Assembly (NCBI GenBank): GCA_041697335.1
Contig: JBGUGD010000002.1
Location: 128,001 to 192,000 of the forward strand
Origin: Vampirovibrionaceae bacterium NZW_1234
GTDB taxonomy: Bacteria; Cyanobacteriota; Vampirovibrionia; Vampirovibrionales; JAGQHJ01
Length of the DNA: 64,000 nt
Direction: 5' to 3'
Positions within the stretch are counted from its first letter, which is position 1. Every line of letters begins with the position of its first letter. The notes below the pieces were generated by a model that searched no databases, was not told the origin of the DNA, and saw only the letters and a list, made by a program, of their open reading frames with translations. Below are positions 1 through 10,019 of this stretch, piece after piece. A program made the position numbers and the translations under genes.

Positions 1-338
1 ATGTCGCCGAGCTTCAACGCCATTAGCAGGCCCACAATGTCTCGGGGGCGCTCCAAGGCCGGGGCGGAGGTAATATGAACATCGGCACCCATTTCCTGGG
101 CCAGGACCAAGGCCATGGTGGTCTTGCCCAATCCGGGAGGGCCGTAGAGCAAAATATGATCGAGCGGCTCCTGGCGGTGTTTAGCTGCTTCAAGGCTGAT
201 GTGAATGGTTTCTTTTAGCTGGCTTTGGCCAATATAGTCTGCCAGCGAATGAGGACGAATGGTTTGCTCTTCTCGCAAATCAAATTCGGTTTGCTTGGAA
301 TCGGTGATGCCATGGCGCTGGCGGACAATTTCGGCCAT
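1..338 (-). CDS. ruvB: Holliday junction branch migration helicase RuvB, 5' part (runs off window start)
   Basis: Not in the ORF track. Manual translation gives MAEIVRQRH...[12 protein letters not shown]...[18 protein letters not shown]...[22 protein letters not shown] lies upstream of the ATG at 338. Confidence 0.95.
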   Translation of the reverse strand, partial: MAEIVRQRHGITDSKQTEFDLREEQTIRPHSLADYIGQSQLKETIHISLEAAKHRQEPLDHILLYGPPGLGKTTMALVLAQEMGADVHITSAPALERPRDIVGLLMALKLGD

Positions 339-368
339 GATGGTCTGCCTCCTCGGGAAATGCTGCCG

Positions 369-1562
369 CTAGGACATTGTAACAGTGGGAGTATTATTGC
401 GGAAATAGCCGGCTCGTTCCAGGACTCGCTGAAGGGCAATCAAGATGGTTTCAACATCCTGAAGGGTGTTTTGTCGCCCAAAGGAGAAACGGAGCGAGCT
501 TTTGGCTTCATCTGTCGAAGCCCCCATTGCGTGAAGCACATACGAGCCTTCTAACTGGGCACTATGGCAGGCTGAACCGCTGGAAACACTGATGCCTTGA
601 AGGTCCATGCGGAGGACCAGCGCTTCGCCTTCCAGTGGCGCAAAAGAAACATTGATATTGCCAGGGACACGGTACTCCAGGTTCTTGGGGCCATTAATAC
701 GTGCTCCCGGGAAACGGTGGACGATGCCGGTCATCAGCTTATCCTGCAAGGTCTTCAGGTGATGCGTGGTTTGGCGCATATCGGTTGCTGCCAAAACCAG
801 GGCTGTGCTTAGGCCCACGATACCTGGAATATTTTCAGTGCCGGAACGAAGTTCATTTTGCTGTCCTCCGCCGTGAAGCCAAGGGGCAAGGGCTTTTTGC
901 GCCTTGGAGTTTGTATAGAGAAAGCCGATTCCTTTGGGGCCGTAGAATTTGTGGCCTGAGGCGGAAAGCAGATCAATCGGCATCGTGCGAACATCTATCG
1001 CTAGCTTGCCGATGGTTTGCACGGCATCGGTATGAAACAGAACATCATGTTCGTGGGCAATAGCCCCCAAATTTTCAATGGGCTGCAGTGTGCCCACCTC
1101 GTTATTGCCATGCATAATCGATACCAGCACCGTATCTTTTCGCAGGGCTGCTTTTAAGTCTTCCGGAGCCACAAATCCGTCGGTATCGACCGGTAACCTC
1201 GTAATCTCCCAACCCTGGGATTCCAGCCAGGCACAAGGCTCAAGGATGGCCGAATGTTCAATGCTGGAGGTGATGATATGGCGGCCTTTTTGTTGTAAAC
1301 CGAAAGCCAGGCCCTTCAATGCAAAATTGTTGGACTCCGTCCCACCACTGGTAAAGATAATCCCGTCTGCTCCATCGGCGTTTAAGATTTGTGCAATCTG
1401 GTCTTTTGCCTGTTTGAGTGCCTTGGCAGTTGCTCGGCCATGACTATGAAGGCTGGAGGGGTTTCCAAATTGCTCTGAATAGAAGGGAAGCATTGCTTCA
1501 AGCACTTCGGGGCGGGTCGGAGTGGTGGCTGCGTGATCCACATAAACAGCGGGTTTTGTCAC
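369..1562 (-). CDS. iscS: cysteine desulfurase (IscS/NifS family)
   Basis: YVDHAATTP, FGNPSS, FTSGGTESNN, SGHKFYGPKG (PLP Lys) and SSGSACHS (catalytic Cys). Confidence 0.9.
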   Translation of the reverse strand: MTKPAVYVDHAATTPTRPEVLEAMLPFYSEQFGNPSSLHSHGRATAKALKQAKDQIAQILNADGADGIIFTSGGTESNNFALKGLAFGLQQKGRHIITSSIEHSAILEPCAWLESQGWEITRLPVDTDGFVAPEDLKAALRKDTVLVSIMHGNNEVGTLQPIENLGAIAHEHDVLFHTDAVQTIGKLAIDVRTMPIDLLSASGHKFYGPKGIGFLYTNSKAQKALAPWLHGGGQQNELRSGTENIPGIVGLSTALVLAATDMRQTTHHLKTLQDKLMTGIVHRFPGARINGPKNLEYRVPGNINVSFAPLEGEALVLRMDLQGISVSSGSACHSAQLEGSYVLHAMGASTDEAKSSLRFSFGRQNTLQDVETILIALQRVLERAGYFRNNTPTVTMS

Positions 1563-1640
1563 GGGAGCTCCTCAATATTGCACCGGCTTTGGGACATGAT
1601 TATAATAGAAATTCGTTCGGAATTCTTCTTTTGGTCTGTT

Positions 1641-2606
1641 ATGAAGACAATTCTCATTGCTGTTGGGGGTAACGCTCTTTTTGATCTTGAAAACGGGAAC
1701 AATGTGGATCCCTATAAAATTGGGGCCGTCTGTTCCGAGTTGGTCAAAGCGGTTCAATTGGGCTATCAGCCAGTCGTTACCTTTGGTAATGGTCCTCAGG
1801 TGGGTAACTTGCTGGAGATGTCCGAAAAGTATACGCACCCCCCAAAGTGGCCTATTCCGTTAGATGTGTGCGTATCCTGGACCCAGGGCGAGTTGGGCTA
1901 TGTGCTCAGCAAGGAACTTCAGAACCAGCTTCGCCAGAATAATTTGCCTGGAAATGTGATTGCCGTAAACACTACCGTGATTGTGGATGCCGATGATCCG
2001 GCCTTCTGGAATGCGACGAAGCCGGTGGGTAACTTTTTTTCGGCAGCGGATGCCGAAATTCTGTCCAACGAGCGTGGCTGGCAGATGAAGCCGGATAGTA
2101 ACCGCGGCTATCGCCGAGTGGTGCCTTCGCCTAAACCGGTGCGTGTCCTGGAAGAGGAAGCCATTGGACACCTAGTTCGCGGAGGCAGTATTGTGATGGC
2201 TGGAGGTGGTGGTGGCATTCCGATTATTGAAGAAGATGGGGTTTACCGTGGGGTTGAGGCGGTGATTGACAAGGACTACACCGCCTGTATGCTGGCCATG
2301 CGGCTTAAGATTCAGGAGCTGCTGATTTGTACCGCAGTGGATCAGGTGTATCTGCATTACGGCACGCCCGAGCAGGAAGCCCTGGGAACTGTCGATCTGG
2401 TTTCGGCAAAGGCCTATCTCGCTGAAGGTCATTTCCCGCCTGGAAGTATGGGACCCAAGGTGGAAGCCTTGATTCAATTTATTGAGCAAGGTGGCGAACG
2501 TGCCACGCTAACTCGTCTTGAAAGTCTCAGCAAAGCCTTAATCGGGAAGGCCGGCACCCGCTTTGTGCGAGCTTCCGAAGGACAGGATGCTCAATTGGCG
2601 ATGTAA
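1641..2606 (+). CDS. arcC: carbamate kinase
   Basis: AVGGNAL, GNGPQVG, TKPVG, YRRVVPSPKP, GVEAVIDKD, GSMGPKVEA. Start moved to ATG 1641 (MKTILIA). Confidence 0.93.
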   Translation: MKTILIAVGGNALFDLENGNNVDPYKIGAVCSELVKAVQLGYQPVVTFGNGPQVGNLLEMSEKYTHPPKWPIPLDVCVSWTQGELGYVLSKELQNQLRQNNLPGNVIAVNTTVIVDADDPAFWNATKPVGNFFSAADAEILSNERGWQMKPDSNRGYRRVVPSPKPVRVLEEEAIGHLVRGGSIVMAGGGGGIPIIEEDGVYRGVEAVIDKDYTACMLAMRLKIQELLICTAVDQVYLHYGTPEQEALGTVDLVSAKAYLAEGHFPPGSMGPKVEALIQFIEQGGERATLTRLESLSKALIGKAGTRFVRASEGQDAQLAM

Positions 2607-2672
2607 CAGTATAATAGTGTCTAAGGCAGTTACTGGCGATAGACTCGCACATTGGAAAAGGGAGCTTGCACT

Positions 2673-2804
2673 GTGAGTGAATATATTTTCAAACTCAAAA
2701 AAGGTGATTTAGAGCTTGAATTGCGAAGCGATGACGCGAAGTTCATCGAAATGCAAATGGAAAACTGGCGTAATACTCTTGTCAATCAACAAGAACGTCA
2801 CTAG
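2673..2804 (+). CDS. 43-aa microprotein similar to the N-terminus of the downstream protein
   Basis: Below the ORF-track cutoff. GGGAG RBS plus GTG start; MSEYIFKLKKGDLELELRSDDAKFIEMQMENWRNTLVNQQERH. Confidence 0.75.
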   Translation: MSEYIFKLKKGDLELELRSDDAKFIEMQMENWRNTLVNQQERH

Positions 2805-2813
2805 ACCTGCTGG

Positions 2814-4565
2814 TTGGCCATGGATCTGACTGAGACCCACTACTATCAACTGGATCTGATTCAAGGCGATTTATGTCTTGAACTCGAATCAGATGATCGG
2901 GAATTTATTGCACATCACATGCAGCGCTGGTACGAGATGTTCGGCTACGGAGACGTTCCGGTGAAGACCCGAACAACCACCCCGGAAACCTCTATGGTGT
3001 CCATGTCAGGGCCTGCACCAGTACTGGCATCTGGGTTAGCTCCTGCTGCCGACACGCCTCTGCCCAGTCAAACTCAGTCTCAGGCAACTGATCCGGTGAA
3101 CCAGATGTTGTTGGAGCAGATCACTCAACTTCAGCAACAGGTACAGGTCCTCACGCAACAGCAGCAACTTCAAGTTCAATCAGGGACCGTGCTGCAGACA
3201 CAGGCGGCTTCGATTACGTCCTACTCTTCTATTGCTGCTATTTCTTCCATATCAAGTGCCATCAAACCTTCTCCCGAGGCCAGTGTAGATGTATTTGTCG
3301 CACCGGCACATGAGGAGATGCAAGGTGATTTTGACTCCTTTCTCTCCGTGAAGCCAGAACCGGAGGAAGCCGGGCCAACTTTTGAACACCCTGTCGAAAA
3401 CCCGACAATTACTGTCGAAAATGAAGTAACAATCGTTCCTGAATTTGTACCTGAACCCCAGGAAGCACAAGACTCTTCTGAAAACTTAATGAACTTTCGA
3501 CAGCCTGTTGAAAACATGTCAACTGTTGTCGAATCGTTACAGAGCGAGCCTCCTGATCAAGCCGTATTGGAAGCCCTGCCTGCGCAATCTGTGCCCGAAC
3601 ATTCCGAAGAAGAAGATCTGGATTTGATTTTGGATTCTCTGGCGTCGGATCTGGAAGCACCTTCTGATAACGACCAGCCACCTCCTTCTGTTGAGTTGTC
3701 TGCTGAATCGGTGGAGGGTCCTGTTATTGATTCAGAGTCTCCTGTTGACGACATTTTGGGGGTGCTTGCTCAAGACTTGGAATCCCCCCACATTGATAAA
3801 GAGCCGTCCCGGGTTGCGGAATCGGTTCAGACACTTCCTGATCTCTCAGAATTTATGCCTTCTTCACCCACGCCGGACCTTCAAAACAATAATGAACAAG
3901 CCTTTGATGAGGCTCTGGCAAGTGCGTTTGATCAACAAGGCAGCCCCCCGTCCCTCCCTGAGAAAAATGATGATGAGGAGGAGAAACCGCCTTATTCAAG
4001 ACCGGAAGTGGACTATGATTTTGGTATTCCGCTTCCGGATCCTCCAACGGATCCGGCTGTTCAGAACTTGAGCCTTGAAGTGCTTGAAAACCAAGAGGCC
4101 CAGCCTTTTGAATCTCCCTTCCCCAAGCTTTCTGAAGATGGAGAGGAACTGATAACGCCTGAGCCTGTCAAGGTGGCTCCGCCTCCTCCTATCCCAACGC
4201 CTGAACCCGTGATGATCCCACAGGCCGATCCTCAAAAAATCGCGAGTCTGAATTCCCTTCAAGTGGAGACCTTGGCCGATTTGTATGAAATGGCCCCAGG
4301 AGCTTCACCAGGGTTGGATTATCTGTTGTTATCCGCTTATTATCTTTCCTCGTTCAAGCAAATGGAACGCTATGCACTGAAAAACCTGAATTCGCAGTTA
4401 CTGGTGGCGGGCCTTACCCCTGTTAACCATGGCACTGTGGAAACAGCCGTTTCAAAGGGTTTCATTGAGCTAATCCCCGATACGGTTGGAACAGCACCGG
4501 CTGCTGAATACGCTTTGACGGAAACCGGTATTAATTACGCCTGCTCGCTGATTAAGATGTCTTGA
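2814..4565 (+). CDS. hypothetical protein: short N-terminal domain, long acidic Pro/Glu-rich disordered linker, C-terminal winged-helix-like domain
   Basis: 583-aa ORF. The C-terminus ...AVSKGFIELIP...EYALTETGINY resembles a wHTH wing. Confidence 0.8.
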   Translation: MAMDLTETHYYQLDLIQGDLCLELESDDREFIAHHMQRWYEMFGYGDVPVKTRTTTPETSMVSMSGPAPVLASGLAPAADTPLPSQTQSQATDPVNQMLLEQITQLQQQVQVLTQQQQLQVQSGTVLQTQAASITSYSSIAAISSISSAIKPSPEASVDVFVAPAHEEMQGDFDSFLSVKPEPEEAGPTFEHPVENPTITVENEVTIVPEFVPEPQEAQDSSENLMNFRQPVENMSTVVESLQSEPPDQAVLEALPAQSVPEHSEEEDLDLILDSLASDLEAPSDNDQPPPSVELSAESVEGPVIDSESPVDDILGVLAQDLESPHIDKEPSRVAESVQTLPDLSEFMPSSPTPDLQNNNEQAFDEALASAFDQQGSPPSLPEKNDDEEEKPPYSRPEVDYDFGIPLPDPPTDPAVQNLSLEVLENQEAQPFESPFPKLSEDGEELITPEPVKVAPPPPIPTPEPVMIPQADPQKIASLNSLQVETLADLYEMAPGASPGLDYLLLSAYYLSSFKQMERYALKNLNSQLLVAGLTPVNHGTVETAVSKGFIELIPDTVGTAPAAEYALTETGINYACSLIKMS

Positions 4566-5440
4566 TCTTTGGGTAACGGTTCCACATGGATTGTGATGAG
4601 GGAATTGGGGAAGGCATTTTCGAGAGCAGCTTCCAACTGATCGCAATATTCATGGGCTTTTGCCACAGTCATTTCGGGAGAAACCTGTAAGTTAAAAACG
4701 ATCAGTCGATGAGATCCGGAGCGTCGGGTGCGGAGAGAGTCAATCCGGATGGTTTCGTGCTGAGGCATGGTGTGGTGAACAATATCAATGATTTTTTGCA
4801 TTTCCTGTTGAGGTAGGGCCGTATCCATGAGGTGGCTGAACACCTTGCGAATAATATTCACACCGATAGAGAGGATAAGGCCTGCGACGACCAAGGCCGT
4901 GAGGGGATCAAAGATACTATTGCCGGTCACCTTCACCAGAATTAATCCAATGATTACCGCAACGGAACTGAAAACATCAGTACTCAAATGGTGGGCATCG
5001 GCCTCCAGTGCTGTCGACTCTGTTTCTCGAGCAATTCGAAAAAGAACTTGACTCACGATGAAGTCCAGAATCAGCGAAACCACCATAACAATGATGCCGG
5101 CCATCGGTTCCACTGTGATGTGTTGGGGCACGATAAACTTTTGGACCGCCTCCCAGATAATGAAACAGGCGCCGACAATGATGAGCACCGCTTCACAGAG
5201 CCCGGCAAAGTCTTCAAACTTACCGTGACCAAAGGGGTGCTCGGCATCCGGCGGCTCTTCTGCAGCTTGGATCCCGTAAAAGGCGAATAGTGAGGCAACC
5301 AAATCCACAATGGAGTCAATGGCCGAGGCAAGGACACTAATGGAGCCACTAATAATGCCAACCGCCAGTTTCATGGCAATCAAAAAGCAATTCAGGCCAA
5401 CAGAGAGAATAGCACCGAATTGCTTTTTGGAAAGAGTCAT
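4535..5440 (-). CDS. cation diffusion facilitator family transporter (FieF-like)
   Basis: SAIDSIVD, PPDAEHPFGHGKFE, ADAHHLSTD and C-terminal IHVEP; six hydrophobic segments. Confidence 0.93.
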   Translation of the reverse strand: MTLSKKQFGAILSVGLNCFLIAMKLAVGIISGSISVLASAIDSIVDLVASLFAFYGIQAAEEPPDAEHPFGHGKFEDFAGLCEAVLIIVGACFIIWEAVQKFIVPQHITVEPMAGIIVMVVSLILDFIVSQVLFRIARETESTALEADAHHLSTDVFSSVAVIIGLILVKVTGNSIFDPLTALVVAGLILSIGVNIIRKVFSHLMDTALPQQEMQKIIDIVHHTMPQHETIRIDSLRTRRSGSHRLIVFNLQVSPEMTVAKAHEYCDQLEAALENAFPNSLITIHVEPLPKDQDILISEQA

Positions 5441-5455
5441 TGCTTGAATGCCTTT

Positions 5456-6634
5456 TTAGGCGGTTTGTGGTCGTGCCGAGGAGGACGAACCTTGGTTGGA
5501 CCCTTCTTTTCGGCGACGCCACCAGGCCAGGAGCGAACTGGCCACAAAGATGCTGGAGTAGGTTCCCGTGACAATCCCCAGAATCATGGCCAAAACAAAG
5601 TTTCGGGTAGATTCTCCGCCAAAAAAGTAGAGTGCCAGAAGGGTGAGTAAGGCTGTCATGGATGTATTAATACTTCTGGCCAGGGTTTGATTGAGGCTGA
5701 TATTGACAATCTCAGCAAAGGGCAGCTTCTTAGTGTACAAGATCCGCATATTCTCACGAATCCGGTCGAAAACAACGATGGTGTCGTGAACACTAAAGCC
5801 AACAACCGTCAAAATGGCCGTCACGAACATGCTGTCCACTTCAATGTGGAAGTAATAGCCCAGAATGGAGAAGGCACCCAACATAAACAGCGTGTCATGT
5901 ACCAACGCCACAATGGCCATCATTGCAAAGTCCAGCTGGAACCGGAACGTGAGGTAGATAACAATAAGAGCGTAAGCCAGCAAAAGGCCCCAGGCGGCTT
6001 TAATGAACAATTCTTTGGCAAGGGTCGGGCCAACTCGATTTTTTTGCAACAAAGCAAAGTCGCCAAATTGATTCTTCAAGGCCTTCTGCATGGACACGGT
6101 TTGTTCGGTACTGAGGTCTTGGGTTCTGATGGAAACAATCGACTTAATGTCGGCTTCTTTAGGCGCATTGGCTTCAGAAGCGGCTTTACTGGCTTCTTCT
6201 TTGAACATATCCCGGACGGATTGCGCCTGCTCGGTCGCAGATCCATTTGCTGTTACAGCTTTTGCCGGTGCTGTGTCTTCCTCAGGCTTCAGCTCAGTGG
6301 AAACATTCGCGACGCCTTTCATGCCTACTTCGGCTTTTTGGAGTTGGATAATCGGATTGCTGATACCGGACTTTTCCAGAATGCTGCGCATGGTGGGAAT
6401 GTCTTTTTCCTGATCCAGCTCTTGCATAAAGCCATACTGCAACAGAGTTCCTCCCGTGAAGTCCAGTCCGAGGCGCAGCGGGGCATGGTTGGGGTACTCG
6501 GCCATGGACATCCCCATGACAATTAGGCCAGGAATGGTGACGACCAGAGAAAGAATGATGTAGAGCCAAAACTGTTTGACGACATCAATGGGACCTTTCG
6601 TGTGGACAGTGGCGGTTGATTTTTCTTCAGACAT
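5456..6634 (-). CDS. secF: protein translocase subunit SecF
   Basis: LGLDFTGGT, VGPTL, GFSVHDTIVVFDRIREN, GTYSSIFVA; directly downstream of secD. Confidence 0.96.
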   Translation of the reverse strand: MSEEKSTATVHTKGPIDVVKQFWLYIILSLVVTIPGLIVMGMSMAEYPNHAPLRLGLDFTGGTLLQYGFMQELDQEKDIPTMRSILEKSGISNPIIQLQKAEVGMKGVANVSTELKPEEDTAPAKAVTANGSATEQAQSVRDMFKEEASKAASEANAPKEADIKSIVSIRTQDLSTEQTVSMQKALKNQFGDFALLQKNRVGPTLAKELFIKAAWGLLLAYALIVIYLTFRFQLDFAMMAIVALVHDTLFMLGAFSILGYYFHIEVDSMFVTAILTVVGFSVHDTIVVFDRIRENMRILYTKKLPFAEIVNISLNQTLARSINTSMTALLTLLALYFFGGESTRNFVLAMILGIVTGTYSSIFVASSLLAWWRRRKEGSNQGSSSSARPQTA

Positions 6635-6651
6635 AGTCGGTCCTTTCTCCC

Positions 6652-7905
6652 TTAAGCCGTTTGTTGGGGAATATCACGATGACGAAGGCCAAACAGGCCG
6701 GGATGTTCCAGTTTGCCGTGTTCGGGCATGAAGTTTTTCATCAGGGTTCGAGTGACCACGATGGCGGTAAAGAAGCTGACGATGACCCCCAGCGCCAAAC
6801 TGAAGGCAAAGCCTTTTACCAACCCTGTGCCCATCACGTACAGAATCACACAGGTGATGAGCGTGGTCATGTTGCTATCGAAGATACTGGAGAACGCTCG
6901 CTCAAAGCCCAATTCGATAGCTTTGTCGACGCTACGACCCAATTTGAGCTCCTCTTTGGTTCGTTCAAAGATGAGGATGTTTGCGTCCACGGCCATCCCG
7001 ACACTAAGAATCAGACCGGCAATCCCGGCAAGAGACAACGCTGTCGGGGTTAATTTCAATACGCCGAACAACAGTACGGCGTAGATAATCAGAGCAATGT
7101 CAGCAAAGAGCCCAGGGAGGCGATAGTAGATGATCATAAAGAGCATAACAATCACAATGCCGACCAAACCCGCCTGGATACTCTTTTCAAGAGAAGCCTT
7201 ACCCAGAAGAGGACCGATGCTGCTTTCTTCAATGATGGCAATATTGACAGGCAAGGCCCCCGCATTCAGGATATCCACGGTGGCTTGAGCCTTTTCTCGG
7301 GTAAAGTCTCCGGTGATTTCGGCATGCCCTCCGGCAATGGCGTCGTTTACATGGGGGGCCGACTGGAGAGCGCCATCAAAGAAGATACCTAAGACGCCGC
7401 GAGACGGGGCAAGCTTACGGGTGATTTCAAAGAATTTATCTGCACCTTGGGCGTTGAAATTCAACAGAATCTTCCACCGGTTGTTCATATCTGGAACCGC
7501 CTTGGCGCTGGCCAGGTCCTTGCCGGACAGGCCTGTAAAGACATATTCCTGGGTTTGCGGATCCAACGCACGAAATTCCAGATTTCCGGTTTTCCCAATA
7601 CGTTGCTTGGCCTCTTCAGGGTCTCGGGCACCTGGGATCTCTACCAGAATTCGGTTGCTGCCTACTTTTTGAACCAGGTTTTCTTCAGTCCCGGTTGGAT
7701 TGACCCGGCGATCGATAACGGCATGCAGGGTATCCATAACTTCCGGGGTAATTTTAGGCACTGCGGGGTTGGTTTCGGCCTGCAACAGGAACCGCACGCC
7801 GCCGCTTAAATCCAAGCCAAGCTTGGTGGGACGGTTGCCGATAACCCAACCTGCTGCAACCACGAGAACCAAAACCACAATCAACCAAATTCGGTGTGAT
7901 TTCAT
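6652..7905 (-). CDS. secD: protein translocase subunit SecD
   Basis: LGLDLSGG, LNAGALP, IGPLLG, GMAVDANILIFER, IFDSNMTT. Start set at MKSHRI. Confidence 0.96.
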   Translation of the reverse strand: MKSHRIWLIVVLVLVVAAGWVIGNRPTKLGLDLSGGVRFLLQAETNPAVPKITPEVMDTLHAVIDRRVNPTGTEENLVQKVGSNRILVEIPGARDPEEAKQRIGKTGNLEFRALDPQTQEYVFTGLSGKDLASAKAVPDMNNRWKILLNFNAQGADKFFEITRKLAPSRGVLGIFFDGALQSAPHVNDAIAGGHAEITGDFTREKAQATVDILNAGALPVNIAIIEESSIGPLLGKASLEKSIQAGLVGIVIVMLFMIIYYRLPGLFADIALIIYAVLLFGVLKLTPTALSLAGIAGLILSVGMAVDANILIFERTKEELKLGRSVDKAIELGFERAFSSIFDSNMTTLITCVILYVMGTGLVKGFAFSLALGVIVSFFTAIVVTRTLMKNFMPEHGKLEHPGLFGLRHRDIPQQTA

Positions 7906-7912
7906 GTACTTA

Positions 7913-8848
7913 TTATCCTTCTCGCATAACAACTAAAGCTGATTTAATAGGCCGTTTGACACGATTCTGAGACTTGTCAAGCTTGCCGTAAAAGGTTTCA
8001 CCACCAACCCAAAGTGTTGAAGAACTTCCTCCATCCAAAGACAGGGCCTTTGTTGCACCCAGCTTGGACATGATTTCACTCATCTCACTCAAGGAAACGC
8101 CGGATACCTTATTTTCAGTGGGGATCATAGAGACCATCGCCAGAATTGCGTCGCCCTCGGGAGTAATGCCAATGGCGCTGCGGGCGTTTTTTCGGTCCAC
8201 TCCGATGGGATCCCGAACCCGTTGCTTACCTTTATAGGCCACAAAGGCTTCTCCTTCCATGGCTGTTGGGTCAAACAAATTGGGCCCGGCTTGAAGGGCA
8301 TGGACAAGTTTGCAGCGGTTGGGCACCTTGGTGAGGTGGGTGGTAATGTCGTAGGTCCGTTTGCCATTGCATTCCAGGACCCGAAATTCGGAGCGATTCA
8401 GCATTTTTTCGATGTAGGGAAAGAGATCGGGGTTTTCAACAAAGCGCTGATTGTTGACTGGGTTTGCCACGGTTTTGTTGTTGATAATGACATAGGATGT
8501 GGTCAGCTTGTTGGAAGGGTCAAAAAAACCGGCATTAATGGCGGCCACGGCTTTGTCTTTGACCGGGGTCATCATCTCCGGCAATAAATCCAGCTTATGC
8601 GATAGAACAGGTTGAATACGATAAAGGGAATTGGCTGGTACATGAATATAAAGAACTTCGTAATTAGGGGTTTCTAGTTTTTGAAGGGGTAAATCGCTAC
8701 TTTGAGCTTGCGATTTAACGCTCATAATGGATAAGACTGTTGCTAAAAGCGTCATTAGGATGGTTGCCCAATGGATTGGTAAACGAACGTGCATCTCTGT
8801 ACCCGCTATCGATATGTGACTGCATTTTAGGTGAAAGATACTCACCAA
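7913..8848 (-). CDS. phosphodiester glycosidase (NAGPA/DUF2233-like) family exported protein; start uncertain
   Basis: AAINAGFF, AGPNL, ARSAIG, ALSLDGGSSSTL; hydrophobic N-terminal segment. Confidence 0.8.
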   Translation of the reverse strand: MVSIFHLKCSHISIAGTEMHVRLPIHWATILMTLLATVLSIMSVKSQAQSSDLPLQKLETPNYEVLYIHVPANSLYRIQPVLSHKLDLLPEMMTPVKDKAVAAINAGFFDPSNKLTTSYVIINNKTVANPVNNQRFVENPDLFPYIEKMLNRSEFRVLECNGKRTYDITTHLTKVPNRCKLVHALQAGPNLFDPTAMEGEAFVAYKGKQRVRDPIGVDRKNARSAIGITPEGDAILAMVSMIPTENKVSGVSLSEMSEIMSKLGATKALSLDGGSSSTLWVGGETFYGKLDKSQNRVKRPIKSALVVMREG

Positions 8849-9200
8849 TCAAACCTGACGCTGCAATGTGATCCAGAGTTCCTTGCCAAAGCATGTAATC
8901 GACATCATTCAATCGAGATGTATAATGCTCTTTGGCATTGGCACTGTGTCGAAAGAGCAAGGCGAGCACTTTATTTTTCCGGTTGCAACTAGTTGAGAGT
9001 TACTCTCAATAAGAGGATCAGGGAAACAGGTTCTTAACAATTCTTTGTACTCCCTACGCCAAAACCATCGAACCGCTACAATAAATTTTGGAGTCCTCGT
9101 GTTCATCCCCATTAAAACACGAGGATGCTGTCATATTGGGTCTTTAGGGAATAGCACAAAAAGTTATGTTTGGGTTTTATATAGCTGTTAGCATTCACTT

Positions 9201-10019
9201 ATGGGCAAAGTCTGCCGTACCAGGGGATGGGGGATTGCCTTGAACATAGCACCACAACACAATCTGCGCTTTAAATCGTCGCTGCCCATAGCCAGCCGAC
9301 TGCTAAGCCCCCGTGAGCTTCTGATTGCCGGAATTGTTACCCGCATGGCCAGTGGTCTGCTTCGGATTGAAGAAAATGTGCCTACAGAAAACCGCAAGCC
9401 TCAACTATCCAAAGAGCAAAAATGGGCTTCCTTGTGTGAGCGAATCTTTATGGAGGCTATCGGAGTCCCCTTTCATGTGCTGACCTTGTACTTTTTGCAG
9501 GAGCCGGTGTCAAAACTTTTTGAACGCTCCCCTTTTCTCAAGCCTCCTAAGGTCACAGGGCTGCTGGGTGAAGCCAAAGTCCATCAAAAAGCTATCAATA
9601 CTATTCTGCGTCGTGCCTACGCACCGAACTTGGCTTCTATCCCCCACGGCATCGTAGCCAAGCAGATCTATAATCGGGCCGATCTGGTTCAAAAAGTTGC
9701 CAATGTTCGCTCGTTAATTGCAGAAAAGCTCGGTTCTGCCTTTACACCTCAGGTTAAGGCTGCTGTGAATGCCAGTCTTATGAACTATCAGCGACGCTTA
9801 TGGGTTGCCGCCGCCGCTACCATTGGTGTGGGTGTTGTTGGCGCTGCTTGGTTGTCAGGATATGTGCTGCAATTGCTCAATGACACCCTGGTGTCCAAAA
9901 AAGTCATTCCGGCCATTTTGGATTGGTGCGGGTTGTCATCCGGGAAAAAGCCAAAGACTGAAGCCTTTATTCCAGGCCCTCCTCCCAGTGAAATGCAAGA
10001 CAAGACGTTTCGGATGTGA
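9201..10019 (+). CDS. hypothetical membrane-associated protein; start possibly TTG at 9240
   Basis: 272-aa ORF with hydrophobic segments; stop overlaps the start of the next ORF. Confidence 0.7.
   Translation: MGKVCRTRGWGIALNIAPQHNLRFKSSLPIASRLLSPRELLIAGIVTRMASGLLRIEENVPTENRKPQLSKEQKWASLCERIFMEAIGVPFHVLTLYFLQEPVSKLFERSPFLKPPKVTGLLGEAKVHQKAINTILRRAYAPNLASIPHGIVAKQIYNRADLVQKVANVRSLIAEKLGSAFTPQVKAAVNASLMNYQRRLWVAAAATIGVGVVGAAWLSGYVLQLLNDTLVSKKVIPAILDWCGLSSGKKPKTEAFIPGPPPSEMQDKTFRM

Noticed and set aside
1641..2606. Carbamate kinase without adjacent arcA/arcB
   Set aside because: Stand-alone arcC genes are common and partners may lie outside the window.
5687..6526. 279-aa + ORF antisense to secF, and similar long antisense ORFs over secY, sucC, guaB and the aldehyde dehydrogenase
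   Set aside because: Typical antisense open frames of conserved genes, with no motifs.
9152..9183. TAGCACAAAA-N12-GTTTTATATA as a further copy of the regulon motif
   Set aside because: Too many mismatches and altered spacing in AT-rich DNA to distinguish from chance without a PWM scan.
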